From positions 18,857-82,856 of IMG/VR virus record IMGVR_UViG_3300031227_000028: DNA of 64,000 nt. One strand, 5' to 3'. Shown here in pieces: positions 55,312-64,000 of this stretch. Source of the DNA: a virus. The translations under genes and the position numbers were made by a program. The notes under the pieces were generated by a model. It was given only the letters and a program-made list of their open reading frames with translations, was not told the DNA's origin and searched no databases. Each line of letters starts with the position of its first letter. Position 1 is the first letter of the stretch.

Positions 55312-55312
55312 T

Positions 55313-55666
55313 TTATATTGTACCTGGGCCAATTGCTATGAAAGTTCCACTAGCACTTGCAGTTGTAGTATAAATAACTGCACTACCTGCTGAAACTGCT
55401 GGAATTGCTGATAATCCACCAATAGCTTGTGCAACAATAGTAGGTGCTGATGTAAAAACAGTTCCAAATTGAACTACACCAATACTTCCAGTTGAAGCAA
55501 TAAAAGTATGCGATTGAACAATATTTCCCACAGTAGAAGGACTACCAAGAGATATAATGTTTTGTTTCGCTGAAGTTACTGATAAAGCTGCAAGTTCAGA
55601 TGCATCAACTCCTAAAGCTGCTAATTGGTCAGGTTTACTTAATCCGTCATTTAATGAATTGCTCAT
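55313..55666 (-). CDS. Putative head fibre/decoration protein
   Basis: V.FG..F...P H-type lectin-like pattern; follows MCP. Confidence 0.5.
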   Translation of the reverse strand: MSNSLNDGLSKPDQLAALGVDASELAALSVTSAKQNIISLGSPSTVGNIVQSHTFIASTGSIGVVQFGTVFTSAPTIVAQAIGGLSAIPAVSAGSAVIYTTTASASGTFIAIGPGTI

Positions 55667-55689
55667 TTTTTTATAACCTATTAATATTC

Positions 55690-56544
55690 CTAACTAGTTG
55701 TAATCTTTGCCATAGCTGATGTTTTTAATGCTGAAGCTGTAAATCTATGTGTTAGACTTGCTGCTTTCATATCATAACTAGGTAGATCAAATTTCTCTAT
55801 TGTTAAAGGTCTTTTTTCTGCAATTGCATAAGCTTGGTCTTTATCAATAATATATGAACTAGTTGTAGTCATACCTGCATTAGTTGAAACGCTAACAACA
55901 TTCATACCGAAAATAACTCCAATGAATCCTTTTTCAAGCATTTCTCTGTTACCAACTTTATCAGCTTCAACAAATGTATCAATGTTTCTTAAATCATTTA
56001 ATACTTCATTTCCAACAAACATAGTAGTAGCTGCATAATCTGCATCTTCTAAATATTGCATTCCTCGTGAAATGTTTGCAATAGTTATAGCTGCTCCACC
56101 TGAAACTGTATTAACTGCACTGTCTAAAGCTCCGCTAATAATGATTGAGTTTTCATTTTCAGCAAATCTTTTACCTGCAGTTCTAATTTGTCTTTCTAAT
56201 AGTGGGAACTGAGAATCTTCCATCATTTCTGTGGTAATTCTAATAGCTACTCCATATTTCTTAGGTTTTAGATTTACGTTAGTATAATCTTGTTCGTCTA
56301 TAGGAATAAAAGCACCTTCAGCCACTTCTCTAACATCCATAGTATTGTCTACTTCTAAGTTAACATCAACACTTGAACCTGGTATTTGACCCGGACCAAA
56401 AACTAATGCAGCTTCACTTCTAGGTATAAGTTTTTTATTAACTTCTTCTATTAGTGTTTCAAAAATTTTCTTTGGAATTAAAAGTGAACCTTCTGTACCA
56501 GTTCCTCTATCTAATAATTCTTGTATATTTTGTAATTGTGCCAT
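55690..56544 (-). CDS. Major capsid protein, HK97 fold
   Basis: G.LLIP, VAEGA.IP, KKYG..I.IT.EM.ED, G.IFGM.V; GGTGA SD. Confidence 0.9.
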   Translation of the reverse strand: MAQLQNIQELLDRGTGTEGSLLIPKKIFETLIEEVNKKLIPRSEAALVFGPGQIPGSSVDVNLEVDNTMDVREVAEGAFIPIDEQDYTNVNLKPKKYGVAIRITTEMMEDSQFPLLERQIRTAGKRFAENENSIIISGALDSAVNTVSGGAAITIANISRGMQYLEDADYAATTMFVGNEVLNDLRNIDTFVEADKVGNREMLEKGFIGVIFGMNVVSVSTNAGMTTTSSYIIDKDQAYAIAEKRPLTIEKFDLPSYDMKAASLTHRFTASALKTSAMAKITTS

Positions 56545-56554
56545 TTTATTTCAC

Positions 56555-56983
56555 CTATTTAATATGTACTAAGCAATATCCTCCAGATGCTGCACTTGTT
56601 AAAGCTCTACCAATAACTGTTCCTGCTACTACTCCAGTTGCTACTGCATTTGAACCATCGCATAAAACTTCTCCTGCTGCTGTAACTGTTCCATTAGCCT
56701 GTAGTATAAATACTCCTTCTAATGCTACTGCCACTGCTGCTCCTGAAGCTGCTGTTTGCATTGCTATTCCTGTAAATGATGCTCCTGAAGCATTACCTGC
56801 TACTTCTACATCACTTGCTACGTATGAATTTGTTCCTGAACTAACAACGTTGTCAGCTCCTGATGCAAAAACATATACTCCACCAGAAATTACTTCTTTT
56901 GCAATTGCTGTGAATAATTTAGGGCAACCGAAGTCTGCTACTTGTACTGCACCAACTGGGTTACCAATTCCTGTACCTGCCAT
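56555..56983 (-). CDS. Capsid cement/decoration protein
   Basis: Ala/Gly-rich; GIA...A..G..V.V...G, IGRAL..A; between protease and MCP. Confidence 0.75.
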   Translation of the reverse strand: MAGTGIGNPVGAVQVADFGCPKLFTAIAKEVISGGVYVFASGADNVVSSGTNSYVASDVEVAGNASGASFTGIAMQTAASGAAVAVALEGVFILQANGTVTAAGEVLCDGSNAVATGVVAGTVIGRALTSAASGGYCLVHIK

Positions 56984-56998
56984 TTTATATCACCTTAT

Positions 56999-58231
56999 TT
57001 AATATTGTAATCTTTTATATTTGTTTAAATCGTTTAAGCTTAATTCAATATCTCCTGATTCACTAACTCCAAATTTAAGTCCTTCATAAACGTTTTCTTT
57101 ATTTTCGTTTTTTTCTGGGCTTATTTGTCCTTGTGTTTCATCAACATTTTCTTCTGCTTCTTGATTTGTTGTACCTTCTTCTGTTTCAGTTGGTTCTACA
57201 GTTGCTTCTGGTTCTACAGTTGCTTCTGGTTCTACAGTTGCTTCTGGTTCTACAGTTGCTTCTGGTTCTACAGTTGCTTCTGGTTCTACAGTTGCTTCTG
57301 GTTCATCAACTTCTTCAACTTCTTCAACTTCTTTAGTTACTATTTTATCTAATTCTTCTAAAAGAATATTGATTACTTCTTCACTTAAAGTTGAAATGTC
57401 TCTAGGTTCTATATTTTTTTCTTTAGCTTTTGTAGCATAAGTTTCTCTTAAAACATTTAATTTTTCTTCTTTAATCTGTTCAAGTTGTTTATTAGCAATT
57501 TCTAGTTCTTCTTCTTTAGCAATTAATTCACTATTTTTTGCTTCTAAATCAGCTTTTACCTGATTAAGTTCTTCTTCAGCCATATTTTCGACCTCCTTAA
57601 GTTTATCTGAATGAGTTTGACTGTTAGTTTTTTTTAAATTTTCAATAACAGAATTTTTATTTTTAATGAATTCATCTTTGATTCCACTAAAACTTTCCAT
57701 TGCAGCCAAAGCAAAAGTTGCATTTTGGTCGGCTGGAACTGCTACTAGAGATAATTCTACAAATTGAACTCCTCTCATAATAAACATTTCATCTTGTCCT
57801 TTTTCTGGGTCTGCTTCAATCCAATCTACTTTTTTAACATATGCACCAACAGATACTGAATTAACTAAATTCTTTTCAATTTTATTAATTATATCTTCAT
57901 CCATAACAGTAGCTTCAAAATCGATTCTTTTATCTTTAGAATTAAATTTTGATTTTACAACTTTCCCAACTATATTATCTATAATAGCATTGTGGTCTTT
58001 CAATAAAGGTTTACCCTCTAATGAAGGAGCAGCTGGTTTAAGTTCTTCTGCTAAGAATGTATGCCCATTTAAAGTAGTAGTTTCGTTAATAGCAACACCT
58101 TTAATTGTGAATTCTTTGTCGCCCATATCATCAGGATTATCAGATTCATTAACCTTAGACTTTCCATTAATAAATTCAGAAATAGGTACATTAAAATTCA
58201 GCTTAATGTTTTCATTAAATTCTTCTTCCAT
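56999..58231 (-). CDS. Prohead protease fused to acidic scaffold region
   Basis: LLKDH...VG, SVSVG, ELSLVAVPAD; start moved to ATG 58231 after GGTGA. Confidence 0.88.
   Translation of the reverse strand: MEEEFNENIKLNFNVPISEFINGKSKVNESDNPDDMGDKEFTIKGVAINETTTLNGHTFLAEELKPAAPSLEGKPLLKDHNAIIDNIVGKVVKSKFNSKDKRIDFEATVMDEDIINKIEKNLVNSVSVGAYVKKVDWIEADPEKGQDEMFIMRGVQFVELSLVAVPADQNATFALAAMESFSGIKDEFIKNKNSVIENLKKTNSQTHSDKLKEVENMAEEELNQVKADLEAKNSELIAKEEELEIANKQLEQIKEEKLNVLRETYATKAKEKNIEPRDISTLSEEVINILLEELDKIVTKEVEEVEEVDEPEATVEPEATVEPEATVEPEATVEPEATVEPEATVEPTETEEGTTNQEAEENVDETQGQISPEKNENKENVYEGLKFGVSESGDIELSLNDLNKYKRLQY
57191..57304 (-). repeat. 18-bp tandem repeat x6 encoding (EPEATV)n
   Basis: TGGTTCTACAGTTGCTTC x6 on + strand. 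Confidence 0.95.
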
Positions 58232-58269
58232 AAATTTCACCGGTAATTTATAATTATTATAAACCAAAT

Positions 58270-58305
58270 AATGTTTATAAATGTAATATTAAATAATATT
58301 ATTTA
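58270..58305 (-). promoter_or_regulatory. Capsid operon promoter sharing the tRNA-operon palindrome
   Basis: TAAATAATATTATTTAATATTACATTTATAAA on - strand. Confidence 0.7.
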
Positions 58306-58307
58306 AG

Positions 58308-58619
58308 TTATCCAAATGGTCTAAATATAGCAATAATACTTACTATAAAAGCTAAAAACGCTATAAAAATATTAATTTTATTTATATTAGTATTTGGCTT
58401 GGCTTCCATTTCAGCTTTATTGGCGGCTAATGCAGGACATTCAACTTGTCTTGTTTCTAATGCATTAATTTTTAGTTGTGCGTCGGCTATTTTACCATTA
58501 GTAAATTTAGCTCTTTCGTCTATACTATCTAATTTTTCTCTAGAATATTCTGCAAAGTCATCAAACTTTTGACCTAATATTGCTATTGTAACTTTTGTTT
58601 CTCCTACCATTCGTATCAC
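58308..58619 (-). CDS. Coiled-coil protein with C-terminal TM helix
   Basis: IFIAFLAFIVSIIAIF; true start probably MVGE. Confidence 0.65.
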   Translation of the reverse strand: MIRMVGETKVTIAILGQKFDDFAEYSREKLDSIDERAKFTNGKIADAQLKINALETRQVECPALAANKAEMEAKPNTNINKINIFIAFLAFIVSIIAIFRPFG

Positions 58620-58824
58620 TGTATATTATTTCTGTTTTTATTCTTTCAAAAAATTTTATTTCTGCTTCATTAAGTTTATTTATATAAGAACAATAATTAT
58701 ATAATCCAATTTGTCCTTTATATGATTGTAATATTTTTTTACTACTATTAATATATTCTAAATCATTATCTTGAGATAATCTAGTTATTATATTCAAATA
58801 ACTTAACTGTTCATCAAGTGTCAT
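58561..58824 (-). CDS. Hypothetical protein
   Basis: Abuts upstream gene. Confidence 0.5.
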   Translation of the reverse strand: MTLDEQLSYLNIITRLSQDNDLEYINSSKKILQSYKGQIGLYNYCSYINKLNEAEIKFFERIKTEIIYSDTNGRRNKSYNSNIRSKV

Positions 58825-59388
58825 TTATTCTCTTAATACACAATTACCATTAGGAATATTTTCACAAGTATATATTACACCATCTTTGGTTAATGTAAAA
58901 TATTTATTTTCAGCTATTATTATTTTTTCGTGTTCAAGTTCATTTATAGTTGAATGATAAATAACTCGTTTTCCATTCCATTTAATAATAATAGTTTCAT
59001 TATCTAATGATTCTATTTCTACATCTGTAAATAATTCTAAATCGTCTACAGGGTCTTGATTAACTGGAAGTGTTGAATTAATTTCTATAATAGCTGATTC
59101 ATTTATGGTTAAATTATAATCATCTATAAAATCTATAGTCTTAACCCACTGGCCTTTGGCTCCTTCTGTAGAATAACACCTAATATAATCTGTAGTATTT
59201 TCTTCATAAGGATATGCAGTCAAAGCTGTTGAACTAATACCACCATAAAAAATACCAGTTTCATTATTGACATCACATGTATACATATTATTTATTTCTT
59301 CTGTTGAGAATGTATTTAACCCTATTCCACCCACAGCTAATGTTAATATTACAAACATTCCTATAATTCCATAATCTTTATTTTCCAT
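58825..59388 (-). CDS. Membrane-anchored hypothetical protein
   Basis: N-terminal TM helix; sequons; Cys pairs. Confidence 0.65.
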   Translation of the reverse strand: MENKDYGIIGMFVILTLAVGGIGLNTFSTEEINNMYTCDVNNETGIFYGGISSTALTAYPYEENTTDYIRCYSTEGAKGQWVKTIDFIDDYNLTINESAIIEINSTLPVNQDPVDDLELFTDVEIESLDNETIIIKWNGKRVIYHSTINELEHEKIIIAENKYFTLTKDGVIYTCENIPNGNCVLRE

Positions 59389-59389
59389 T

Positions 59390-62300
59390 TTAGCACCATG
59401 AGTAAGTATTATTATTATACTTACATAACTCTTCTTTAAGCATATTATTTTCCTCTTGTAATCGTTGTATCATTTCTGTATTTAATGCTATTATACCCCA
59501 ATATTCTGGACTTGTAGCTATTATGTCAGTAGAGTTTGTTTCATTATTATATTCTTGAGTATATCCAGATAATAATGGGTCTGCTTTAGCTAAGTCTTGA
59601 GCTATAAATCCATATTCAGTAAAATTACCATGCTCTTCATCCCATGTATATTTGAATGGAGTTATTTCATTATAATTTTCTTCTGTCATATTAATACTCT
59701 TTCTTAACTCTTCTGGTTTATATCTTCCGTCAGAAGAACAATCACCAATTTGACTTCCACCTGAACCATCCCAACATAATGGGTCTGAACCTACAGCTGA
59801 TAATGTTTCAACATATAAATTTCCATTAACATCTAAAGTGGCTAAAGGGTATCTTGATACTACACCAACTAAAGTTTTACTAGATGCAGTTGGATTTAAC
59901 ATTAGATATTCCGTTCCTGCTCTTACTGGTTTAACATATGAATATCCATTAGTACTTTCATATCCTATATCTACATGATTAGTACCATCCTTTCCTATTC
60001 TAAATCTTGACCCAAATGTATTATGAAACATAGTAGCACTAGTTGAATTAATATATAATTGGTCTTCGTGAGATTCTGAAAACATGCTTATATATTCAAA
60101 CCCTTCATCTATATATAATATTCCATCTCCAACATTTAAGTCGTCCCCTACATCAAGTTCACCGTCAATATTTAAATCTTCTCCTATATCAATACTACCG
60201 TCTACTTCTAAACTATCCACACCAAAATGAGCTTTAGTATCTCCACCAAATACTGCTTCATTAGTTATTCCTGTGCTTACAGCAGTCAATATATTACTTC
60301 CACTACTAACTATTCTTCCAGAAAAATATGCTCCAGATGTCTCAGGATATGCATTACCAGTATATTTTATTGCTACATAACTAACACCATCATAAGTAAC
60401 TGTAACTAATGAATATGTTTCGCTTGTTTGTGTAACTTGTAATGTTTTTAAAGTTCCACCAAACATTGAAGATGTACCAGAAGTAACAATTACATCTACA
60501 ATTGCTGATTGATAATTACCAGATGTTCTGTCCATTGTGATTCTTCCATTAACATCATTATTAGCTCCATTAACTACTAAAAGAATATATTGAGGATTTG
60601 CATTCTCAACCATTTGAAAAAGACGATTGACATAATGACCTTGTGCCATTTTAATATTGGTTATATCACCAGTAACAGTTAAATCATCCGCAATAGTAAC
60701 TGCAGTTGTACTTGCAGTTATTTTTGTAACTCCAGCTCTTTGTAATAATAAATTTGCGTCATAAGAACTGAATGCGTCATCAACACTCCATACCGGTTGA
60801 TTAAAAATAAATTTTGCTCTATCAGTGTAAATATGTGCCCAACCAGTATTTAATGGTGTAAAAGTAATATAACCTCGAGGATTAGTTAATTTTAATCCCG
60901 CAGAAGTATCACCATCAAAAGTGATACTTACAGACTCTAATGTTTCGTCATCTAATTGTATTTTACCAACTACTTCTAATGCTTCAGAAGGAGTTGTTGT
61001 TCCAATTCCCACATCACCTGTTACAAAAGTAGCATCTCCTGAACTATTAGTCCAAATACCACCTGAGATACCAGTTAATAAAGAACCATCACCGTGATAT
61101 TGAACTGCAGTTATATCTCCTGTAGTAGTTAAATCTCCACTAGTACTAAATTTTACCATAGCTGGATTACCACTAGGTGTTGCTGAAGTTCCATAATTAA
61201 TATTTAAACTTCCATCTCCACCACCTAATATATTTGTTTGTCTTATAATATTCCAAGAATTTTCAAAAACTGTACCATCTACTTGTTTTAAATCTATACC
61301 ACTACCCCAAGTTCCTGCTTCTGTTGAAACAATATCTAAATAAGAATCTTCTCCAACAATAGCCACATCAGATGAAGAAGCCCAATCTGTTCCTAAATCA
61401 TTTTGTTCTATTTGTAATAACGCTGTAGGACTAGCAGTTCCTATTCCAACATTACCATTATCAGCCTCAATAAAAAACAAAGTTTCCATATTAGTAACAA
61501 GAGTTCCTGCTGTAGTAGCTTGTGCAGAAGCAGCTAAAAATTCTAAATCAGCACCAGTTTTAAAAACACTTCTTATAATGTTCGAACTAGTTGTTGAATC
61601 ATATCCTGATGTTGCATTATCTGGTTCTACCCCATAACCTAATGCCCAATCTGAAGAAGACCTTTCTGTTCCAAGAGTATTTATTGTACCAGTACCATAA
61701 TGTGCTTTTAATACAGTAGAGCCTGTTGTGGAAGATAATTCGTTCCCAGCAGTTATAACTCCTGCAACATCTAATGCTTCAGATGGACTATCAGTTCCAA
61801 TTCCTACATTGTTTGTTGTTGAATCAAGTGTCATGATATTAGTACCATCAGAAAAAAATAATTTAGCATCATCATTTACAACTTCAAAATAACCTTCTGT
61901 ATTTGTTAATATTAATTTTGTAGGATTTGCTGCGCTAGATTCTATCTCTGCATATTGTGCACCTGAACCATAAACATGTAAATGTTCTTGAGGAGTTGTT
62001 GTTCCAATTCCTACATTTCCATCATTCTGGAATACCACCGATGCACCTGTACCATAATAGAATCGTAAATCATCTGCGTTTGCAATGATTGAATACTTTT
62101 CAGCTTGTCCTGTATCATTAATAACAATTCCAGCACCTATAGAATCTTCAATTTCTAAAACTGTATATCCTGCCGAGATAGGAGAAGCAGGTGAAGTAGT
62201 TCCAATTCCTACATTTCCTCCTGAGAGAACTCTCAGCTTTTCAGAACCACCTGCTACAAGATACAAATCATCATCGTCAGCCCCTATAGATACGTAAGTA

Positions 62301-64000
62301 GTACCTGTGGTTCCATCATCCATAAAACTAATTTGGCCCGTATCATCTGTACTTTCAAACACAGCAGCTGTATTTATTGTGCTAGAATTAACATGAAGTC
62401 TTTTTTCTGGACTACTAGTTCCTATTCCAACATTTCCATCACTTGTAATTCTCATATGTTCATCAGATATTGAAACTTCGGTAGTATCAGCATCAGCATT
62501 ACCAGCAAATATTAAATCGCCAATTCCAAATGCTCCAGTTTCTATATGAGCAATCATAGTTTTCAGATTTGCTACTTGTCCTAATGGCATTGAACCTAAT
62601 TTTAATCCTACTAAATCACCAGAAACACTATGGTCATCATGTATTCTTATAAAAGTAGAACCGTTATAGTCATGCAAACTTAGTAATTCTTCTGGGGCAT
62701 CATTTTGCATTCCAACATTTCCTGATTGAAGAAAAACCATTTTAGTATCAATAGCAGTTAAATCATCTTGTACAGTTTGTATATATAAATTTCCATTATT
62801 GACTTTTAAATCCCAATTTTCATCCACCGTAACTCTGTCTTCCAAAAGATATAATGTAGGTCCAGCATCTTCAATTATAATATCGCCATCCTTAACTTCT
62901 AATTTAGCTCCAGGACTATCTGTTCCAATTCCAACGTCTCCATTTTCATCTATAATTACAGCAGTATTCCAAGTTATATCGGCCCCTGCTGTTCCTGAAC
63001 CTGCAACTGAAAAAACATGTTTTCCACTTAATTGATAATAAAGCGATGCTTCATCAGTTGAGATATATTCCCAGCTTCCATCTGTATCAAGATTAGTATT
63101 TTGTCCTAAATTTAAAGACTTTCCAGTTCCCAAAGCAGTTGCACCTGCGATAAATTGATTTGCTCCAAGAGTTAAAGAAGTAAAACCTGCATCAGTTGCT
63201 AAGGGAGTTGTAACTCCAAACCCTACATTTCCACCATTAAACCAAGTATGCCCACTTGCATTTAATATTATTTTAGGGATATCGGTTATGTCAGTTAAGA
63301 TAATGCTTTCATTTACTCGCATTTCACCAACACTTGTTACATTAACTTGTCCTCTGAAAACTGCGTTACCATTAATTGTTAAATCATTAAATTGGACATC
63401 ACTTGTAGTTAAAACATTTTGATTCATATCATAAAGTTCATTATCTCCTTGTCCAGTATTTAATGTAGGAGCATCAAGAGTTCCAATAACTTCTACTGCT
63501 TTTTTGAATGATATAATACCACTTTGTTTTATTCCATATGCTTGTTGGTCAGTACTACCTGCACCTTCACTCCATAATTGAAGTTCGTTATTGTCGCCAG
63601 AACCACTTCCAAGATATTTCCAATACCAACCATATCCATTATATCCAAAATCGATATTCATATCAGAACCACCATCACCAGTTCCTACTTGAAAAATTAC
63701 ATCCCCTGTAGTCGGATAAACAACATGAAGTTTTGCAGCTGGGCTAGTTGTTCCAATTCCTATTCTATCATTACTAGAATCTATTTTTAAAGTATCTGTA
63801 TCAAAAGTATAATTTCCTGTTCCAGTATCTCCAGTATTTAATAAATATCTATCATCTGATTCTGTATTATTATAATAATCAGATTTATCAGCAGACCAAT
63901 TTCCTAAACTAGAAGCAATTGGTTCTGTTATATCTGCATATAATAAATTTGCTTCAGTTGTTGTTGAATAATCAGATTTATCAGCAGACCAATTTCCTAA
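59390..64000 (-). CDS. Giant fibre/adhesin with GNVGIGT repeats and C-terminal intramolecular chaperone (peptidase S74-like); 5' end outside the window
   Basis: Frame open from 64000; many GNVGIGTxxP...L.V repeats; SDGRYK...YGFIAQDL then coiled coil. Confidence 0.85.
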   Translation of the reverse strand, partial: LGNWSADKSDYSTTTEANLLYADITEPIASSLGNWSADKSDYYNNTESDDRYLLNTGDTGTGNYTFDTDTLKIDSSNDRIGIGTTSPAAKLHVVYPTTGDVIFQVGTGDGGSDMNIDFGYNGYGWYWKYLGSGSGDNNELQLWSEGAGSTDQQAYGIKQSGIISFKKAVEVIGTLDAPTLNTGQGDNELYDMNQNVLTTSDVQFNDLTINGNAVFRGQVNVTSVGEMRVNESIILTDITDIPKIILNASGHTWFNGGNVGFGVTTPLATDAGFTSLTLGANQFIAGATALGTGKSLNLGQNTNLDTDGSWEYISTDEASLYYQLSGKHVFSVAGSGTAGADITWNTAVIIDENGDVGIGTDSPGAKLEVKDGDIIIEDAGPTLYLLEDRVTVDENWDLKVNNGNLYIQTVQDDLTAIDTKMVFLQSGNVGMQNDAPEELLSLHDYNGSTFIRIHDDHSVSGDLVGLKLGSMPLGQVANLKTMIAHIETGAFGIGDLIFAGNADADTTEVSISDEHMRITSDGNVGIGTSSPEKRLHVNSSTINTAAVFESTDDTGQISFMDDGTTGTTYVSIGADDDDLYLVAGGSEKLRVLSGGNVGIGTTSPASPISAGYTVLEIEDSIGAGIVINDTGQAEKYSIIANADDLRFYYGTGASVVFQNDGNVGIGTTTPQEHLHVYGSGAQYAEIESSAANPTKLILTNTEGYFEVVNDDAKLFFSDGTNIMTLDSTTNNVGIGTDSPSEALDVAGVITAGNELSSTTGSTVLKAHYGTGTINTLGTERSSSDWALGYGVEPDNATSGYDSTTSSNIIRSVFKTGADLEFLAASAQATTAGTLVTNMETLFFIEADNGNVGIGTASPTALLQIEQNDLGTDWASSSDVAIVGEDSYLDIVSTEAGTWGSGIDLKQVDGTVFENSWNIIRQTNILGGGDGSLNINYGTSATPSGNPAMVKFSTSGDLTTTGDITAVQYHGDGSLLTGISGGIWTNSSGDATFVTGDVGIGTTTPSEALEVVGKIQLDDETLESVSITFDGDTSAGLKLTNPRGYITFTPLNTGWAHIYTDRAKFIFNQPVWSVDDAFSSYDANLLLQRAGVTKITASTTAVTIADDLTVTGDITNIKMAQGHYVNRLFQMVENANPQYILLVVNGANNDVNGRITMDRTSGNYQSAIVDVIVTSGTSSMFGGTLKTLQVTQTSETYSLVTVTYDGVSYVAIKYTGNAYPETSGAYFSGRIVSSGSNILTAVSTGITNEAVFGGDTKAHFGVDSLEVDGSIDIGEDLNIDGELDVGDDLNVGDGILYIDEGFEYISMFSESHEDQLYINSTSATMFHNTFGSRFRIGKDGTNHVDIGYESTNGYSYVKPVRAGTEYLMLNPTASSKTLVGVVSRYPLATLDVNGNLYVETLSAVGSDPLCWDGSGGSQIGDCSSDGRYKPEELRKSINMTEENYNEITPFKYTWDEEHGNFTEYGFIAQDLAKADPLLSGYTQEYNNETNSTDIIATSPEYWGIIALNTEMIQRLQEENNMLKEELCKYNNNTYSWC
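63874..64000 (-). repeat. 34-bp direct repeat, 93-bp period (LGNWSADKSDY)
   Basis: 63874-63907 identical to 63967-64000. Confidence 0.9.

Noticed and set aside
57191-57304. Tandem repeats as a CRISPR array
   Set aside because: No spacers; in-frame coding repeat (same for 22112-22159)
41331-63790. Plus-strand ORFs 41331, 43547, 50651, 56454, 57125, 57133, 57990, 60227, 62085, 62799, 63578
   Set aside because: Antisense shadows of structural genes or of the 18-bp repeat
1-64000. Integrase, large terminase, portal, inteins, rRNA
   Set aside because: No supporting motifs seen; terminase and portal probably lie outside the window

Overview
The window is most of the genome of an AT-rich tailed virus (Caudoviricetes, HK97 fold) with an archaeal host. 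Evidence for the host: MCM/PCNA/RFC/PolB replisome, TATA-box promoters, GGTGA/GGAG Shine-Dalgarno motifs, bulge-helix-bulge tRNA introns and a C1:G72 tRNA-Tyr. A DPANN host is an inference. A likely origin (~2.2-2.8 kb) separates divergent units. The + strand (2.9-38.9 kb) carries replication genes, a YhhQ/TGT/TGT/GNAT/PolB base-modification operon, 22 tRNAs covering all 20 amino acids in two operons, a class II CCA-adding enzyme and glycosyltransferases. The - strand (64-38.9 kb) carries the head-tail module and putative surface glycoproteins; large terminase and portal were not found. Best candidate for a new system: each tRNA operon starts at an identical 37-bp promoter followed by a short leader ORF inside mutually exclusive hairpins, and each leader peptide is built almost entirely from the amino acids whose tRNAs lie in its own operon, suggesting ribosome-sensed attenuators that supply tRNAs on demand. 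Second candidate: both TGT paralogues and the GNAT end in PCNA-interacting (PIP-like) motifs, suggesting clamp-tethered DNA base exchange. All calls come from reading the sequence by eye; no searches were run.
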